Assembly: GCA_965204755.1 (NCBI GenBank) | Contig: OZ242011.1 | Coordinates: forward strand, 416,001 to 480,000 | Source: Candidatus Marinacidobacterium sp. | GTDB lineage: Bacteria > Acidobacteriota > Vicinamibacteria > Marinacidobacterales > Marinacidobacteraceae | Direction: 5' to 3' | DNA: 64,000 nucleotides | Shown: positions 9,698 to 20,600 of the stretch, piece after piece | How positions within the stretch are numbered: the first letter of the stretch is position 1 | Layout of the letters: the number at the start of each line of letters is the position of its first letter | Program-made: the position numbers and the translations under genes | The notes under the pieces: model-generated | Told to the model about the DNA's origin: nothing | Database searches by the model: none | The model's input: the letters and a program-made list of their open reading frames with translations, nothing else

Positions 9698-10951
9698 TCA
9701 CCGGAGACGGATCCGGTCGTAGCCCTCCCAGGCGGAGGTGTCCGAGAGGATGACCGTGTCCCCGACGGAGAGCCCCTCGACGATCTCCACCGTGTTCACC
9801 GAGGTCCGCCCCAGCCGGACGCGGACGCGGTAGCCGTACTCCTCCTCCGGGTCGAGCCGGAACATCTCGATCTCGCCCCCCTCTTCGCCGAAGGCGGGGC
9901 GGCCCACATGGAGCGCCTCGTCCAGCCGCTCGATCTCGATCAGCCCGTCCACCGAGAGTTCGCTCCGGGCGCCCCGCGGCAGGGCCCCGACGATCTCCAC
10001 ATCCACGGTGACCGCCCCGTCCCGCACCGCCGGATCCACCCGGGAGACCCGGCCGGCGGCGATCCCGCCGCGGGTGTCCACCTGCGCGGTCTGCCCCACC
10101 TCGATGTCCCGGGCCAGGACTTCGGCGATCCGCAGTTCCGCCTTCAACTCCCGGGGCTCCGCGATCCGCGCCAGGTCGTCCCCCGGCGCCACCTGCTGCC
10201 CGGCCTCCACGAACACCTCCTGCAGCACCCCGCCGATCCCGGCCCGCACCTCGAGGCCGGCGACCAGTTCCCGCTTCAGCGCGGCGGCAGTGCGCAACCG
10301 GTCCACCGCGGCCGTCTCCGCCCGGAGACTCGCCTCCGCCGCTTCCTCGCTCAGCCGCAGCCGCTCCGCCTCGCGCGCCGCCCGCCCGGCGAGTTCGTCG
10401 GCGGCCGCCCGGCTGTCCCGGAGGGCGAGGTCGCCGATGATCCCCTCGCCGTGGATCTCCGCGTCGGCCTCGGCGTCGAGCGCCGCCTGCCGGGACTCCG
10501 CCTCCACCCCGGCGAGCGCCGACCGCTGGTTCAGGACGCCGCGGCGCAACTGCACCCGCCGGTCGTCGAGGTTCGCCTCGGCGGCCGCGAGTTCCAGGTC
10601 GGCGGCGGAGAGTTCCTGCGCGAGCGAGGCGTTTTCCAGGGTCAGGATCACGGTGTCCGCCTCCACCCGGGTCCCCGCGAGGACTTCCACCCGGACCACC
10701 CGCCCGGCGGCCCGCGCCGAGAGGCGCCGCTCCAGCACCGGGACCAGCGTTCCCGGCCCCCGGACGCTCCGCAGCATCTCCCCGCGCCGCACCTGGTCGA
10801 GGAACACCGTCCCCCGATCCACGGTCGGCGCCGCCGGGCCGAGCCGGAGCGCCAGGACGGCGAGGAGCAGCACGAGGACGGCGCCGCCGCCGATGAGCAG
10901 GTTCCGCCGGCGGCGCCGAGCCTCGGCGACGCCCTCGCGGGTGACATCCAT
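9698..10951 (-). CDS. Efflux periplasmic adaptor subunit (HlyD/MacA-like)
   Basis: N-terminal TM anchor, VRGPGTLVP, lipoyl-like halves around a coiled coil, GRVSRVDP, C-terminal GLSVGDTVILSD. Confidence 0.88.
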   Translation of the reverse strand: MDVTREGVAEARRRRRNLLIGGGAVLVLLLAVLALRLGPAAPTVDRGTVFLDQVRRGEMLRSVRGPGTLVPVLERRLSARAAGRVVRVEVLAGTRVEADTVILTLENASLAQELSAADLELAAAEANLDDRRVQLRRGVLNQRSALAGVEAESRQAALDAEADAEIHGEGIIGDLALRDSRAAADELAGRAAREAERLRLSEEAAEASLRAETAAVDRLRTAAALKRELVAGLEVRAGIGGVLQEVFVEAGQQVAPGDDLARIAEPRELKAELRIAEVLARDIEVGQTAQVDTRGGIAAGRVSRVDPAVRDGAVTVDVEIVGALPRGARSELSVDGLIEIERLDEALHVGRPAFGEEGGEIEMFRLDPEEEYGYRVRVRLGRTSVNTVEIVEGLSVGDTVILSDTSAWEGYDRIRLR

Positions 10952-11015
10952 CGTGGGTTCGTTCCGGCGTCGGCGAAGGCCCGGGTCGAGTCCGGCCCCG
11001 CCGGCCGAAGGGAGC

Positions 11016-13088
11016 CTACCGGTTCCCCTCGTTCTCCCGTCCGGCTCCGGGAACCACGAGCGGCGCGTCCGCGAGGAGCGACCGGCCGGGAAGCGCCGGG
11101 TCCGGGGGGATCCCCAGCAGGTCGAGGGCGGTGGGCAGCACCTCGAGCGCGCTCGACCGGGGCCACGCCCCCGGCGCGACCCTCGGCCCCCAGGCGGCGA
11201 ACACCGCCAGCATGTCCAGCCGGGTGGACAGGAACCCGTGGCCGCCGGCCGGGGGCGCCGGCGCTACCACCTCCGGCGCCGGGAGGGGCGACGACCTAAG
11301 GCCGGGAGCGAGGATCGGGAAGAGGTCCCCGGTCGAGTCCCCGCCGAACCGCACCGCCCCGTTGTCGGAAGGCTCCAGGAACCCGGTGACCACCGGGCCG
11401 CCCTCCGGCGTCCGCAGGGCGAGCAGCGCTTCCCGCGCGGCCCGCAGCACATCCGCCTCTCCCGCGCTCCCGACCACGCCGCCGGGGCGGAAGGCGCGGT
11501 TCACCGCGACGCTCCCGTCCCCGGTGGAGAGGAGGAGCGCCTCGGTGCGGGAGAGATCGGGAAGACCGTCCGCGCCGAAGGCGAGGAGTCCCGCCCGCTC
11601 CAGCGCCACATTCAGGTGCGCCCGGCGGTCCGTTCCCGCCATGCCGTGGTCGCCGACCACCAGCAGGTGGGCGCCGGCGCGCTCGGCCACCGCGAACGCC
11701 CGCCCGAGCACCCGATCCACTTCCCGGAAGGCGCCGACGAACAGCGGACGCAGGGCCGCGGCGCGCTCGGGGTCGTACGAGGGAAGCCCCTCGTCCAAGT
11801 ACCCGTAAGTCAGGTGCGCCATCTCGTCGGCGAAGGGGAGGTAGAGGGCGAGGAGGCCCCAGTCCGGTATCGCCGCGCCGGCGGCCAAGTGTTCGACGGC
11901 AGTGTCCGCGAGCGCCTCCACGATCTCCAGCAGGCGGCCGACCGCGACTCCCGGCCCGCCGCCGGCGGCGTCCTTCCCGGCGGCCGGGGTCTCCCGCCGC
12001 GGCCCCAGGCGGCCGGAAGCGAACTCGGCCGGCCCGATCGTCCCGGAGTAGAAGGGCGCGCCCAAGCGCTCCCGCCACGCCTCCTCCGGGTGCGCCGCCA
12101 CCGCCCGCGCGCCGCTGCGAAAGACCACGAACCGCCCGGCCGCCTCCGCCGAGGGCGCGCGGGCGGCGAAGGCGCGGATCCGGAAGTCGGCCCGCCGGCC
12201 CCCGGCCCACGCGGCAAGCGGAATCGAGAACTCCCCTTCCCCGCCGACGCGGATGCGGGCGAGCAGGAGCGGGGGAGCGCCCGCGCCGGGCGCCGGCCCT
12301 CTGCCGCCCCGCGCTTCGTCCGGCAGGACGCCCAGCGTGTCCCAGCCGGAACCGGCGAGCGCCGGGTCGTCGAAGAGGACGCCCAGGAACCGGCTGTCGC
12401 CGACCCGGAAGCGGAAGAACCCGGCCCCGTCGCCGAATCCGGCCCCGACCGCCGCCGGCCGCGCCGCGAGGAGCGGGCTGCTCTTCTCGTCCAGCGTCGC
12501 CGGCGGAAGCCGGAGGTCCGTGTAGCCGGTGAGCAGGAAGAGGCGCTCCCGACCCCGCGCATCGAGCCGGGCGAGCGCCGGTTCGAGCGGGAAGGTGTGG
12601 GTGGCGTGGAGGGCGACGGCGCGAACCCCGGCCCGCGCCGCCCGCACCCAGAGCGGATCCGTCCGGAGCGTCCCCGCGGAGAAGCCGTCCCGGGTCTCCA
12701 GCAGCGAGAAGGACTCGGCGGGAGTCGCCAGCACGGTGTTGCCGGTCACGCCGGTCTCGGCGCCGGGCAGCCCGTTCCAGATCATGGCGAAGGACGGCGC
12801 CGTGCGCGAGGGGTGCGCCGGAATCAACCCGTCGGAGAACGCCCCCTCCCGCCGCAGCCGGGCGAAGTTGGGCAACTCGCCGGCGGCGAGCAGCCGCTCG
12901 ACCAGCAGCCGCCCCGCCCCGTCCACCGCGAGCACCACGAGCCGCGGCCGGGCCGCCGCCGCGCCGTTCCCGGTCCCGGCGATCGAAGCCGCCGCCGCTG
13001 CCGCGAACGCGAGCGCCGCAAGCGCCCACGCGCCCGCCGCGAGCGCGAACGCCGCGGAGAGCCCGGGCGAGGAGGAGCGGCGGATCAT
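11016..13088 (-). CDS. Alkaline-phosphatase-superfamily nucleotide pyrophosphatase/phosphodiesterase
   Basis: Signal peptide; LAVDGA, PSRTAPS (Thr nucleophile), DEMAH, GDHGM, GGHG metal-ligand motifs. Confidence 0.8.
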   Translation of the reverse strand: MIRRSSSPGLSAAFALAAGAWALAALAFAAAAAASIAGTGNGAAAARPRLVVLAVDGAGRLLVERLLAAGELPNFARLRREGAFSDGLIPAHPSRTAPSFAMIWNGLPGAETGVTGNTVLATPAESFSLLETRDGFSAGTLRTDPLWVRAARAGVRAVALHATHTFPLEPALARLDARGRERLFLLTGYTDLRLPPATLDEKSSPLLAARPAAVGAGFGDGAGFFRFRVGDSRFLGVLFDDPALAGSGWDTLGVLPDEARGGRGPAPGAGAPPLLLARIRVGGEGEFSIPLAAWAGGRRADFRIRAFAARAPSAEAAGRFVVFRSGARAVAAHPEEAWRERLGAPFYSGTIGPAEFASGRLGPRRETPAAGKDAAGGGPGVAVGRLLEIVEALADTAVEHLAAGAAIPDWGLLALYLPFADEMAHLTYGYLDEGLPSYDPERAAALRPLFVGAFREVDRVLGRAFAVAERAGAHLLVVGDHGMAGTDRRAHLNVALERAGLLAFGADGLPDLSRTEALLLSTGDGSVAVNRAFRPGGVVGSAGEADVLRAAREALLALRTPEGGPVVTGFLEPSDNGAVRFGGDSTGDLFPILAPGLRSSPLPAPEVVAPAPPAGGHGFLSTRLDMLAVFAAWGPRVAPGAWPRSSALEVLPTALDLLGIPPDPALPGRSLLADAPLVVPGAGRENEGNR

Positions 13089-13222
13089 CGGTCCGGGGAA
13101 TTGTCCCCCCGCCTGCCCGCTCCCGCCCGGCCGCCCGTCGCTCGGCCGCGCCCGGCGCCTCCCCTGCCTCGGCGCTCCGGCGCCGCGGGACCTCCGGGCT
13201 GCTAGGCTAGAAAGGAATCCCG

Positions 13223-13621
13223 TTGCGGCAGGAAACCTTCTCGTCCACCGCCATGACGCGCGGGATCCGTGTCGACGCGGAGTCGAGATTCGCCGACGAG
13301 CGGCGCGAGCCCGACCATGCGTGGCTCTTCCAGTACGACATCTCCATCACGAACGAGTCCGACGAGCCGGTGCAGTTGCTCAGCCGCCACTGGGTGATCG
13401 AACACGGCGAAGGCCAGGTGCAGGAAGTCCGGGGCCGGGGCGTCGTCGGCGCCCAGCCGACCATCGTCCCCGGCGACTCCTTCCACTACGCCTCCTGGTG
13501 CCCGCTGCTCGCGCCGTTCGGCACGATGCAGGGCACCTACCTCATGGAGAGCGCCGACGGCACGCGGTTCCGGGCGAAGATCGCCCGGTTCACCCTCAGC
13601 CAGCCGGTCACCCTCCACTGA
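13223..13621 (+). CDS. apaG: ApaG protein
   Basis: YDISITN, QLLSRHWVI, GRGVVGAQP, YASWCPL, GTMQGTY. Confidence 0.92.
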   Translation: MRQETFSSTAMTRGIRVDAESRFADERREPDHAWLFQYDISITNESDEPVQLLSRHWVIEHGEGQVQEVRGRGVVGAQPTIVPGDSFHYASWCPLLAPFGTMQGTYLMESADGTRFRAKIARFTLSQPVTLH

Positions 13622-13638
13622 GGGTCGTTGGCGGCGCC

Positions 13639-14454
13639 GTGGCCCGGAGCAGGCGGCGGCGTCCGCCGGAGGCGGAGCGGGCCGACCGTTACGACCTCTA
13701 CCAGAACTCGGTCCAGGACGCCCCCGCGGACGCCGCCTTCCTCGACGACGAGTTCGAACGCCGCCGCGGCCGCCGACCGAAGTCCTTCCGCGAAGACTTC
13801 TGCGGCACCGCCGCGCTCTCCTGCGAGTTCGCGGCCCGGCGCCCCGACAACACCGCGATCGGCGTGGACCTCGACCCGGACCCGCTCGCCTGGGGGCGCG
13901 AGCACAACCTCTCCCGCCTCGGGCGCGCCGGCGCGAAGCGCGTCGAACTCGTCGAGAGCGATGTCCTCGATGTCCGGGAGCCCCGGGTGGACCTCGTCGC
14001 GGCGATGAACTTCAGTTACTGGACCTTCGACACGCGGGCCCGGATGCTCACCTACTTCGAGCGCGTCCGCGCCTCGCTCGCGCCGGACGGGCTCTTCTTC
14101 GCCGACGCCTACGGCGGCTCGGACTGCCACGAGGAGCGCGAATACGCCCGGGAGGAAGACGGTTTCGACTTCATTTGGGACCAGGTCGCGTTCGACCCGA
14201 TCAGCGGACGGATGAAGTGCGCCATCCACTACGAGTTCCCCGACGGCAGCCGGATGGAGAACGCGTTCCGCTACCAGTGGCGGTTCTGGTCGCTCCCCGA
14301 ACTCCGCGAGTTGCTGGCCGAGGCCGGATTCCGCCGGACGGCGGTCCTCTGGGAAGGCGCCGACGAGAACGGCGACGGGAACGGCGAGTTCGAGGAAGTG
14401 ACCGAAGGGTCCGCCGACGAAACCTGGATCGCCTACCTGGTGAGCGAACCCTGA
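13639..14454 (+). CDS. Class I SAM-dependent methyltransferase
   Basis: LYQNSVQ, REDFCGTAALS, GVDLD, MNFSYW, WDQ..FDP motifs. GTG start at 13639 inferred. Confidence 0.8.
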   Translation: MARSRRRRPPEAERADRYDLYQNSVQDAPADAAFLDDEFERRRGRRPKSFREDFCGTAALSCEFAARRPDNTAIGVDLDPDPLAWGREHNLSRLGRAGAKRVELVESDVLDVREPRVDLVAAMNFSYWTFDTRARMLTYFERVRASLAPDGLFFADAYGGSDCHEEREYAREEDGFDFIWDQVAFDPISGRMKCAIHYEFPDGSRMENAFRYQWRFWSLPELRELLAEAGFRRTAVLWEGADENGDGNGEFEEVTEGSADETWIAYLVSEP

Positions 14455-14491
14455 GGCCGGACGAGGCGCCGCGCGCGAAGCCGTCACAACG

Positions 14492-15238
14492 ATGCCCGCT
14501 CCCGCTGCCGCCGGCCGGCAGACCGCGGCGCTCCTCGTCATCGGCAACGAAATCCTGTCCGGCAAGATCGCCGACACGAACACGCAGGCATTGGCCCGCC
14601 TCCTCCGGAAGAAGGGCGCGGCGCTTCGCCGCGTGGTGACCATCGGCGACGACCCCGCCGCCATCGCCACGGAGGTCGCCTCGCTCCGGGCCGACCACGA
14701 CCTGGTCTTCACTTCCGGCGGCGTGGGCGGCACCCACGACGATGTGACGATGGAGGGCGTCGCCCGCGCGTTCGGCGTCGGCGTCGTCCTCCATCCCGAG
14801 TTCCTGGAGGCCCTGCGCCGGCGCGGCCTCGGGGAACACCACCGCAGCCTCGCCCGCGCCCCGGAGGGCGCCGTCCTGCGGCGCGCCGAAGGCGCCGGCT
14901 TCCCGGTCGTGGTGATGGAGGAGGTCTGGATCCTCCCGGGCCTGCCACCCGCGTTCCGGCAGAAACTGGAGGTGCTCGACGCGTGCCTCCCGGACGGCGC
15001 GGCCTACGCCTGCGACGAGGAACGGGTCCCCGGCCCCGAGGAACACCTGATCCCGCTCCTGAACCGGGTCGTGGAGCAACACCCGGAGGTGCAGATCGGC
15101 TCCTACCCCGGAGACACGGAAACCCGCATCACCTTCGACGCCGACGACGAAGACTCGGTGCGCCGGGCCGCCGCCGCGTTCCGCGAGTCCCTGCGGGAGC
15201 GGAGCGCCGGCGCGGAGACGCGGGCAGGCGCGGTATGA
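14492..15238 (+). CDS. CinA-like/molybdopterin-binding-domain protein
   Basis: LLVIGNEILSGKIADTN, TSGGVGGTHDDVT, LPGLP, IGSYP. Confidence 0.85.
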   Translation: MPAPAAAGRQTAALLVIGNEILSGKIADTNTQALARLLRKKGAALRRVVTIGDDPAAIATEVASLRADHDLVFTSGGVGGTHDDVTMEGVARAFGVGVVLHPEFLEALRRRGLGEHHRSLARAPEGAVLRRAEGAGFPVVVMEEVWILPGLPPAFRQKLEVLDACLPDGAAYACDEERVPGPEEHLIPLLNRVVEQHPEVQIGSYPGDTETRITFDADDEDSVRRAAAAFRESLRERSAGAETRAGAV

Positions 15239-17346
15239 CGGGCCTTCTCACCGGGCGCGACCCGACACGGCGCGCAAGGTTCGCCTTCGCCGCGGCGGCC
15301 ATCTCCCTGCCCTTCGTTGCTGCAACTCCCGCCGCAACGCAGGACGCCCTCCCCCTGAGCGACACCCACCGCCAGTGGCTGGAAGAGGAAGTCATCTACA
15401 TCATCAGCGACAGGGAAAAGGACGCGTTCGGCCAACTCCAATCGGAGGCGGAACGCGAAGCCTTCATCGAAGCCTTCTGGCGCCGCCGCGACCCGGAACC
15501 GCTCACCCCGGAAAACGAGTTCCGCACCGAACACTACGAGCGCATCGCCTACGCCAACTCCCGCCTCGGCGGCGAAACCGCCATCCCCGGCTGGATGACC
15601 GACCGCGGCCGCCTCTGGATCACCTTGGGCGAACCGGACGAGCGCGACACTTTCGTATCCGTACCGGGTCTCTACCCGGCAGAACTCTGGTTCTACCTCC
15701 AAAACGACGAGTACCTGCTGCCTCCGCTCTACATCCTTTTCTTCCGGGAGTACAACGCCGGCCCGTTCATCCAGTTCAACCACCTGATCCACCTGCCGGA
15801 GGAACTGCTACCGGCACAATCCTTTTCGGAAGGGGATTCTCGTGACGAGGCATTCGTCACACTCCAAGAGATCTCTCCGCACCTCGCGCACGCCACTATC
15901 ACCATGCGGGCCGATCGTGGAGTCACGACCGGACTGGCCCTGCCGGACATCGCCCAGTTGGAAACACAGACGCTGCTCCAAGACATCACCCGCGCGCCGC
16001 ATCGTCTCCTCGACACGAGTTGGGTTACTGGGGCCGACGCCGGACGCGGTCTCGTCGAGACTGAGTACCTGTTCAACTTCGTCCCGAGCGCCGGCGTAGC
16101 TCGTCTCTTTCCAGGCCCTGCCTCCGGCCCCCCATCGTGGTTCGTCCACTACGCCGTTGAGATCGAGCCCCAGTACTTCACCCTCGCCCGCGAAGAAGGC
16201 GGCACCGACTACTTCACCCGGTTCGACATCCAAGGACAAGTAACCGACGAAGACGGCGCAGTCGTGTACGACTTCGCGACGAGACCGTTCCTGCGTCTGA
16301 CCGGGAGCGAACTTCGGGAGGTCGGCGCGCGGCCCTTCGCTTGGCGAGGAATGTTCCCCCTGATTCCCGGAGAGTTTCGGCTGCGCATCGTCGTCAAGAA
16401 CGAGGCCCGCGCCGAATACACCGTCTTCGAGGACAAACTCACACCTCCCGCTCCTGACGCGCCCCTCCTGTCACGCCCCCTATTGCTCCATGCCGTCAGG
16501 GAGGAGGACACTGACGCGTACGCATCGTGGTCTCCCGAGGAGATTCTCTTGGTGCCCAACGGCCGGGGCGTCGCTCCTCTTGGCGCCCTTCTTCTCGTCG
16601 CGACGGCAACCGAAGGGCACGGAATCGTAAAGTACCGCGTCGTTCCCTGGACCGCGGGCGGAACGGGGGCCGGCGCCGCGCCCGTCGCCGAACAGGAGGT
16701 CACGGTCGAACGAGGGCTCGCGCAATGGACACCGCGGACAGACTCATGGAAGTCCGGTCGCTATGTTCTCACCGCTGTCGCGGGGGAGGAGGAAACCAGC
16801 ACTCTCTTTGACTTGACAGCCCGTGCAGGAGTCGCACGGCCATGGGGGCTCACTGACTCTTTCGATCCAACGGCGCCCGGCACCTTGGCGGCCGCCCTCG
16901 GCGAGCAGTGGCTCCGGGTTCGGGAGAGGGCGGCAGCCCGCGAGATGTTTCGCACTGCGTTGGAAGAAGCGCCGAATCTCCGGCGCGCGCGCCTCGTCCT
17001 CGGCCGGTTCGCGCTGGACGAGAACACGCCCCGGGAGGCCGTCAGCCTTCTCGAACCGGCTCTCGCCCAAGCACCCGACGACCCCGGGATCCTGCGCACT
17101 CTGGGAGACGCGCACCGCGAATCCGGCAACCCCTCCCGGGCAGCAGCCCTCTATGAGCGTTCGCTCGCCCTCCGAAGCCCGGATGTGGAACTCCTCAACG
17201 CGCTTGGATGGTCACTTGCGGCGGCCGGCGAACCGACGAGAGCCATCGGGTATCTGGAGCGCTCGCTTGAATTCGACCCAGAACAGGCGGAAGTCCGAGA
17301 ACTTCTGAAGACCGTTCGCGCGAGCGCGTCCCCGCCGAAGGGCTGA
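15235..17346 (+). CDS. GWxTD domain protein with C-terminal TPR repeats
   Basis: WLEEEVIYII, FWRRRDP, EHYERIAYAN, GWMTDRGR; TPR-like helices at the C-terminus; ATGA overlap with the upstream stop. Confidence 0.88.
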   Translation: MTGLLTGRDPTRRARFAFAAAAISLPFVAATPAATQDALPLSDTHRQWLEEEVIYIISDREKDAFGQLQSEAEREAFIEAFWRRRDPEPLTPENEFRTEHYERIAYANSRLGGETAIPGWMTDRGRLWITLGEPDERDTFVSVPGLYPAELWFYLQNDEYLLPPLYILFFREYNAGPFIQFNHLIHLPEELLPAQSFSEGDSRDEAFVTLQEISPHLAHATITMRADRGVTTGLALPDIAQLETQTLLQDITRAPHRLLDTSWVTGADAGRGLVETEYLFNFVPSAGVARLFPGPASGPPSWFVHYAVEIEPQYFTLAREEGGTDYFTRFDIQGQVTDEDGAVVYDFATRPFLRLTGSELREVGARPFAWRGMFPLIPGEFRLRIVVKNEARAEYTVFEDKLTPPAPDAPLLSRPLLLHAVREEDTDAYASWSPEEILLVPNGRGVAPLGALLLVATATEGHGIVKYRVVPWTAGGTGAGAAPVAEQEVTVERGLAQWTPRTDSWKSGRYVLTAVAGEEETSTLFDLTARAGVARPWGLTDSFDPTAPGTLAAALGEQWLRVRERAAAREMFRTALEEAPNLRRARLVLGRFALDENTPREAVSLLEPALAQAPDDPGILRTLGDAHRESGNPSRAAALYERSLALRSPDVELLNALGWSLAAAGEPTRAIGYLERSLEFDPEQAEVRELLKTVRASASPPKG

Positions 17347-17494
17347 ACCACCCCACAGGCGGCTCCACACCTCGGAGCAGTGCAACCCGGTCAATTCGAT
17401 ATTTTGGACGGCGACCCTACCCCACCCGGACGCCGGCCCCGGCCTGAATCGCCAGCCTCCCGAGACTCTCGGAGAACGGCCCGCCTCCGATGCA

Positions 17495-17509
17495 TGGCAT
17501 AATCGTTGC
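17495..17509 (+). promoter_or_regulatory. Putative sigma-54 (-24/-12) promoter of the TonB receptor gene
   Basis: TGGCATAATCGTTGC matches TGGCACG-N4-TTGC with exact GG-GC spacing, ~105 nt upstream of the ATG at 17616. Confidence 0.65.
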
Positions 17510-17615
17510 CCGATCGCACCTCTCGGCCGTGCGAGAGCCGCCTCCCGCGACACCCGCAGGGCCCCTCATCTCGGCGACTCATTCTCGAGATCAACCTCAA
17601 TATCAAGGAGACCCA

Positions 17616-20600
17616 ATGCGAAAGCCCGCTTTCGCGCTGCTGCTCGCAGCGCTGCTCGCCGCTCCGACCCTTGCGTTCGGACAGGCGGGCGACTCCAGCC
17701 TTCGCGGCACGGTCCGCGACGACTCCGGCGCGGTGCTCCCCGGCGCGACGGTTACGGCGACCAGTCCGGCGCTGATCCAGCCCGCATCGACCGTTACAGA
17801 CAGCCAAGGCGCCTATCGGCTGGTGAACCTTCCCGCAGGCACCTACACACTGGAGGCGTCTCTTTCCGGCTTCAACACATTCCGACAAGAAGGCATCCTG
17901 CTGCGCGCCAGTTCGAACTTCGGCGTGGAGCCGGTGCTCTCAATCGGCGGTGTCGAAGAGACGATCACCGTCACGGCCGAGACCCCGATGCTCGAGGTCT
18001 CCCGTCCCGGCAACATCCTGACGATCGAGGGTGATCTGCAGCGCGATTTGCCGATCCAAGCGCGCGGCAACTGGAGCGACTTCCTCGAGTTGACCCCCGG
18101 CGTGAACGCCCGGCCCTTCGACGACGGCTCGGGCCGTATGGTTTATTTCGGCCATGCCACCGAGCACTTCTCCCATGTCATCCAGTTGGAAGGCATGGCC
18201 GCAGCGGGTTACACCGATTCGCAAGTCACATATGTCGGCATGAATGCCGACATGATGGAGGACATGTCGGTGAAGACTGGCGGCGCCGAAGCCAAGGATC
18301 CGATGGGCACCGGCCTGATCATCAATGTAATCACCAGGAGTGGCGGCAACGATCTCTCGGGCTCGGCAGCGTACGACCATCAGGAGTTCGACTGGGGCAC
18401 CGGCGACGATGACGGCTTGACTGGTTTCTTCGGCGACAACGAGGTTCCTCCCGGCTTCAACCCGTTTTCCGCCGAGAAGTCGAGCCTCGCCGGTCTCGAA
18501 CAGTATGGGAGTGGCGTCTACGATCCTGAGACTCAGGAAGGGAGAGCCGGTTCAACCGGCACTCCAACCGCCCATCTGGTGCGCCAAGCGGATTTCTCGT
18601 TCGGCGGCCCGATCATGCGCGACAAGGCGTGGTTCTTCGCGTCCTACCGATACGCCGATCTCTCGGCGCGGATCAGCCGTGGCGGAACCGATGTCGAACG
18701 CCTCACTGCCCTCTCCGGCATCGCCTTGGGCGGTCTCGGCGCCGCTCCGACCTACTCAGAGTTCCTGAACACGACCACGAGCCATCAGCCCTATCTCAAG
18801 ATCAGCGCCCAACTGAACTCGAGTCATGAACTGAACGCGTACTACCAGCGTGACACGACGGAGAACACTTCAAACCGCGAGTACGACCTCGCTTCGAGAC
18901 TCACTGTCCAGACCGGCGGTAACCTCTATGGTGCCAAACTGACATCGGTCTTCGGAGCGAACACAACCGGACAGTTCACTCTCTCCTACAACGACAAGGC
19001 ATCTCAGGTTCCCCTCGACCTCCAGCCGCAAGCGGGCGACCTACCGCTCTATCTGGAGATCCACAGCGGTTATTCGGTCAACAGCAGCGGAACGATCAGC
19101 GGGGGGGGGCGCCTCGCAGCCGCCGGCACCCCAAACGGCTCTGACCGGCCCGCGCGTCTCGTTCTTCTGCGGGGCGACATCACGCGCTATGTGGATGACT
19201 TGGCCGGTTCCCACGAGTTCGCTGTCGGTGTCTATGCGGCGCCTTGGAATCGCTATCCGAGCACAACTACCTACTCGTTGATGAACGGATGGTCCACCGA
19301 GCACCACGCCATGGTGGACGCCAACGGCAACATAACGGAAGATCTGGGTGCCGCGGCGGCTACCCGCTGGTTCTATCGGACCCGCACCGGCGACGAGTCC
19401 GGCCCGATCGCCACACTGCAGACGATCGACGCAACAGATAGTGATATCGGCGTCTATCTCCAAGACTCGTGGAAGCCAGCCGACCGGCTGACGCTGAATA
19501 TCGGGGTCCGCGCCGATTTCGTGCGACGCTCGGACGGGATTCGCAACTTCGACCGGATGAACACCGTGGCCATAGGCCCTCGTGCCGGCTTCGCCTACCA
19601 GGTCACCGCGGACGGCCGCAACATCCTCCGCGGCAGTTACGGCCGTGTACACGAACAGATGAACGGACGAGACGCGGTCACTCGGGTTCACGGCGGCGCC
19701 ACTGCCGGCAGTTACACGGAATATGACCACGACGGTGACGGTCTTCCGGATCACTCGGTGTACAACCCTCCGGTTGCCAGTCTGCCAAACGATGTGCTCT
19801 TCGACCCGGACATCGGGCAGCCGTTCGTGGACGAGTTCATCGGCGGCCTGCGGCGGCAGTTCGGCAGCCAGATTTCCGTGGACGCTGCGGTGATCCACCG
19901 CCGATACCAAGACAACTACGCGCTGCTCGATCAGAACGGGTACTACCCGTCCCAAGCACCGGCCCCGGTACCCTTGGGTGAGTTCCAGTTTGGCGCCGTC
20001 GACATTGAACAGGGTTCCATTCGCCAGCAGACGAACAACTCGTGGAGCCAGTTGCGCTATACGGCGATCGAGATCACGACGGCCCGCCGCACTGAGCGGA
20101 TGTCCGCCACGCTGAACTTCAGCCGCCAATGGCAGAGTTTCGGCGGCGACTGGAACCCCCACGACCCGGCCCGCTACATCCATCCGGAGAAGTTCGCATC
20201 CACCAAGGCCCTCTATATGCCGCGCGGCAACAACGAGCACAACACACTAAGGGCATCTACGGCGACCTCCTACGCGCCGACTTGGCGCCAGTGGTCACTG
20301 CGTGGCGGCATGAGTTATGTCATGCCTTACGACTTTACAGTCGCGGTGAGTTACACCGGGAACGCCGGACCGTGGACCGGTCCGCTTCTCCAGAGGCTGC
20401 CCAGCGACAGCCCAGATGTCGCGCAGTACGGCCCCGGCAGCGCGAACAACGGCAAGACGAATCCTCTGTCCACCAGGTACCGCGTCGTCGGGCCTGACCG
20501 AGGTGAACTGCAGGCCCAGGCGCCGACAGTCCACACGGTGGGGCTTTCGCTCGGGAAGATCCTCGACTTCGGCCCAGCACAACTCGAGTTGTCCGCCCAA

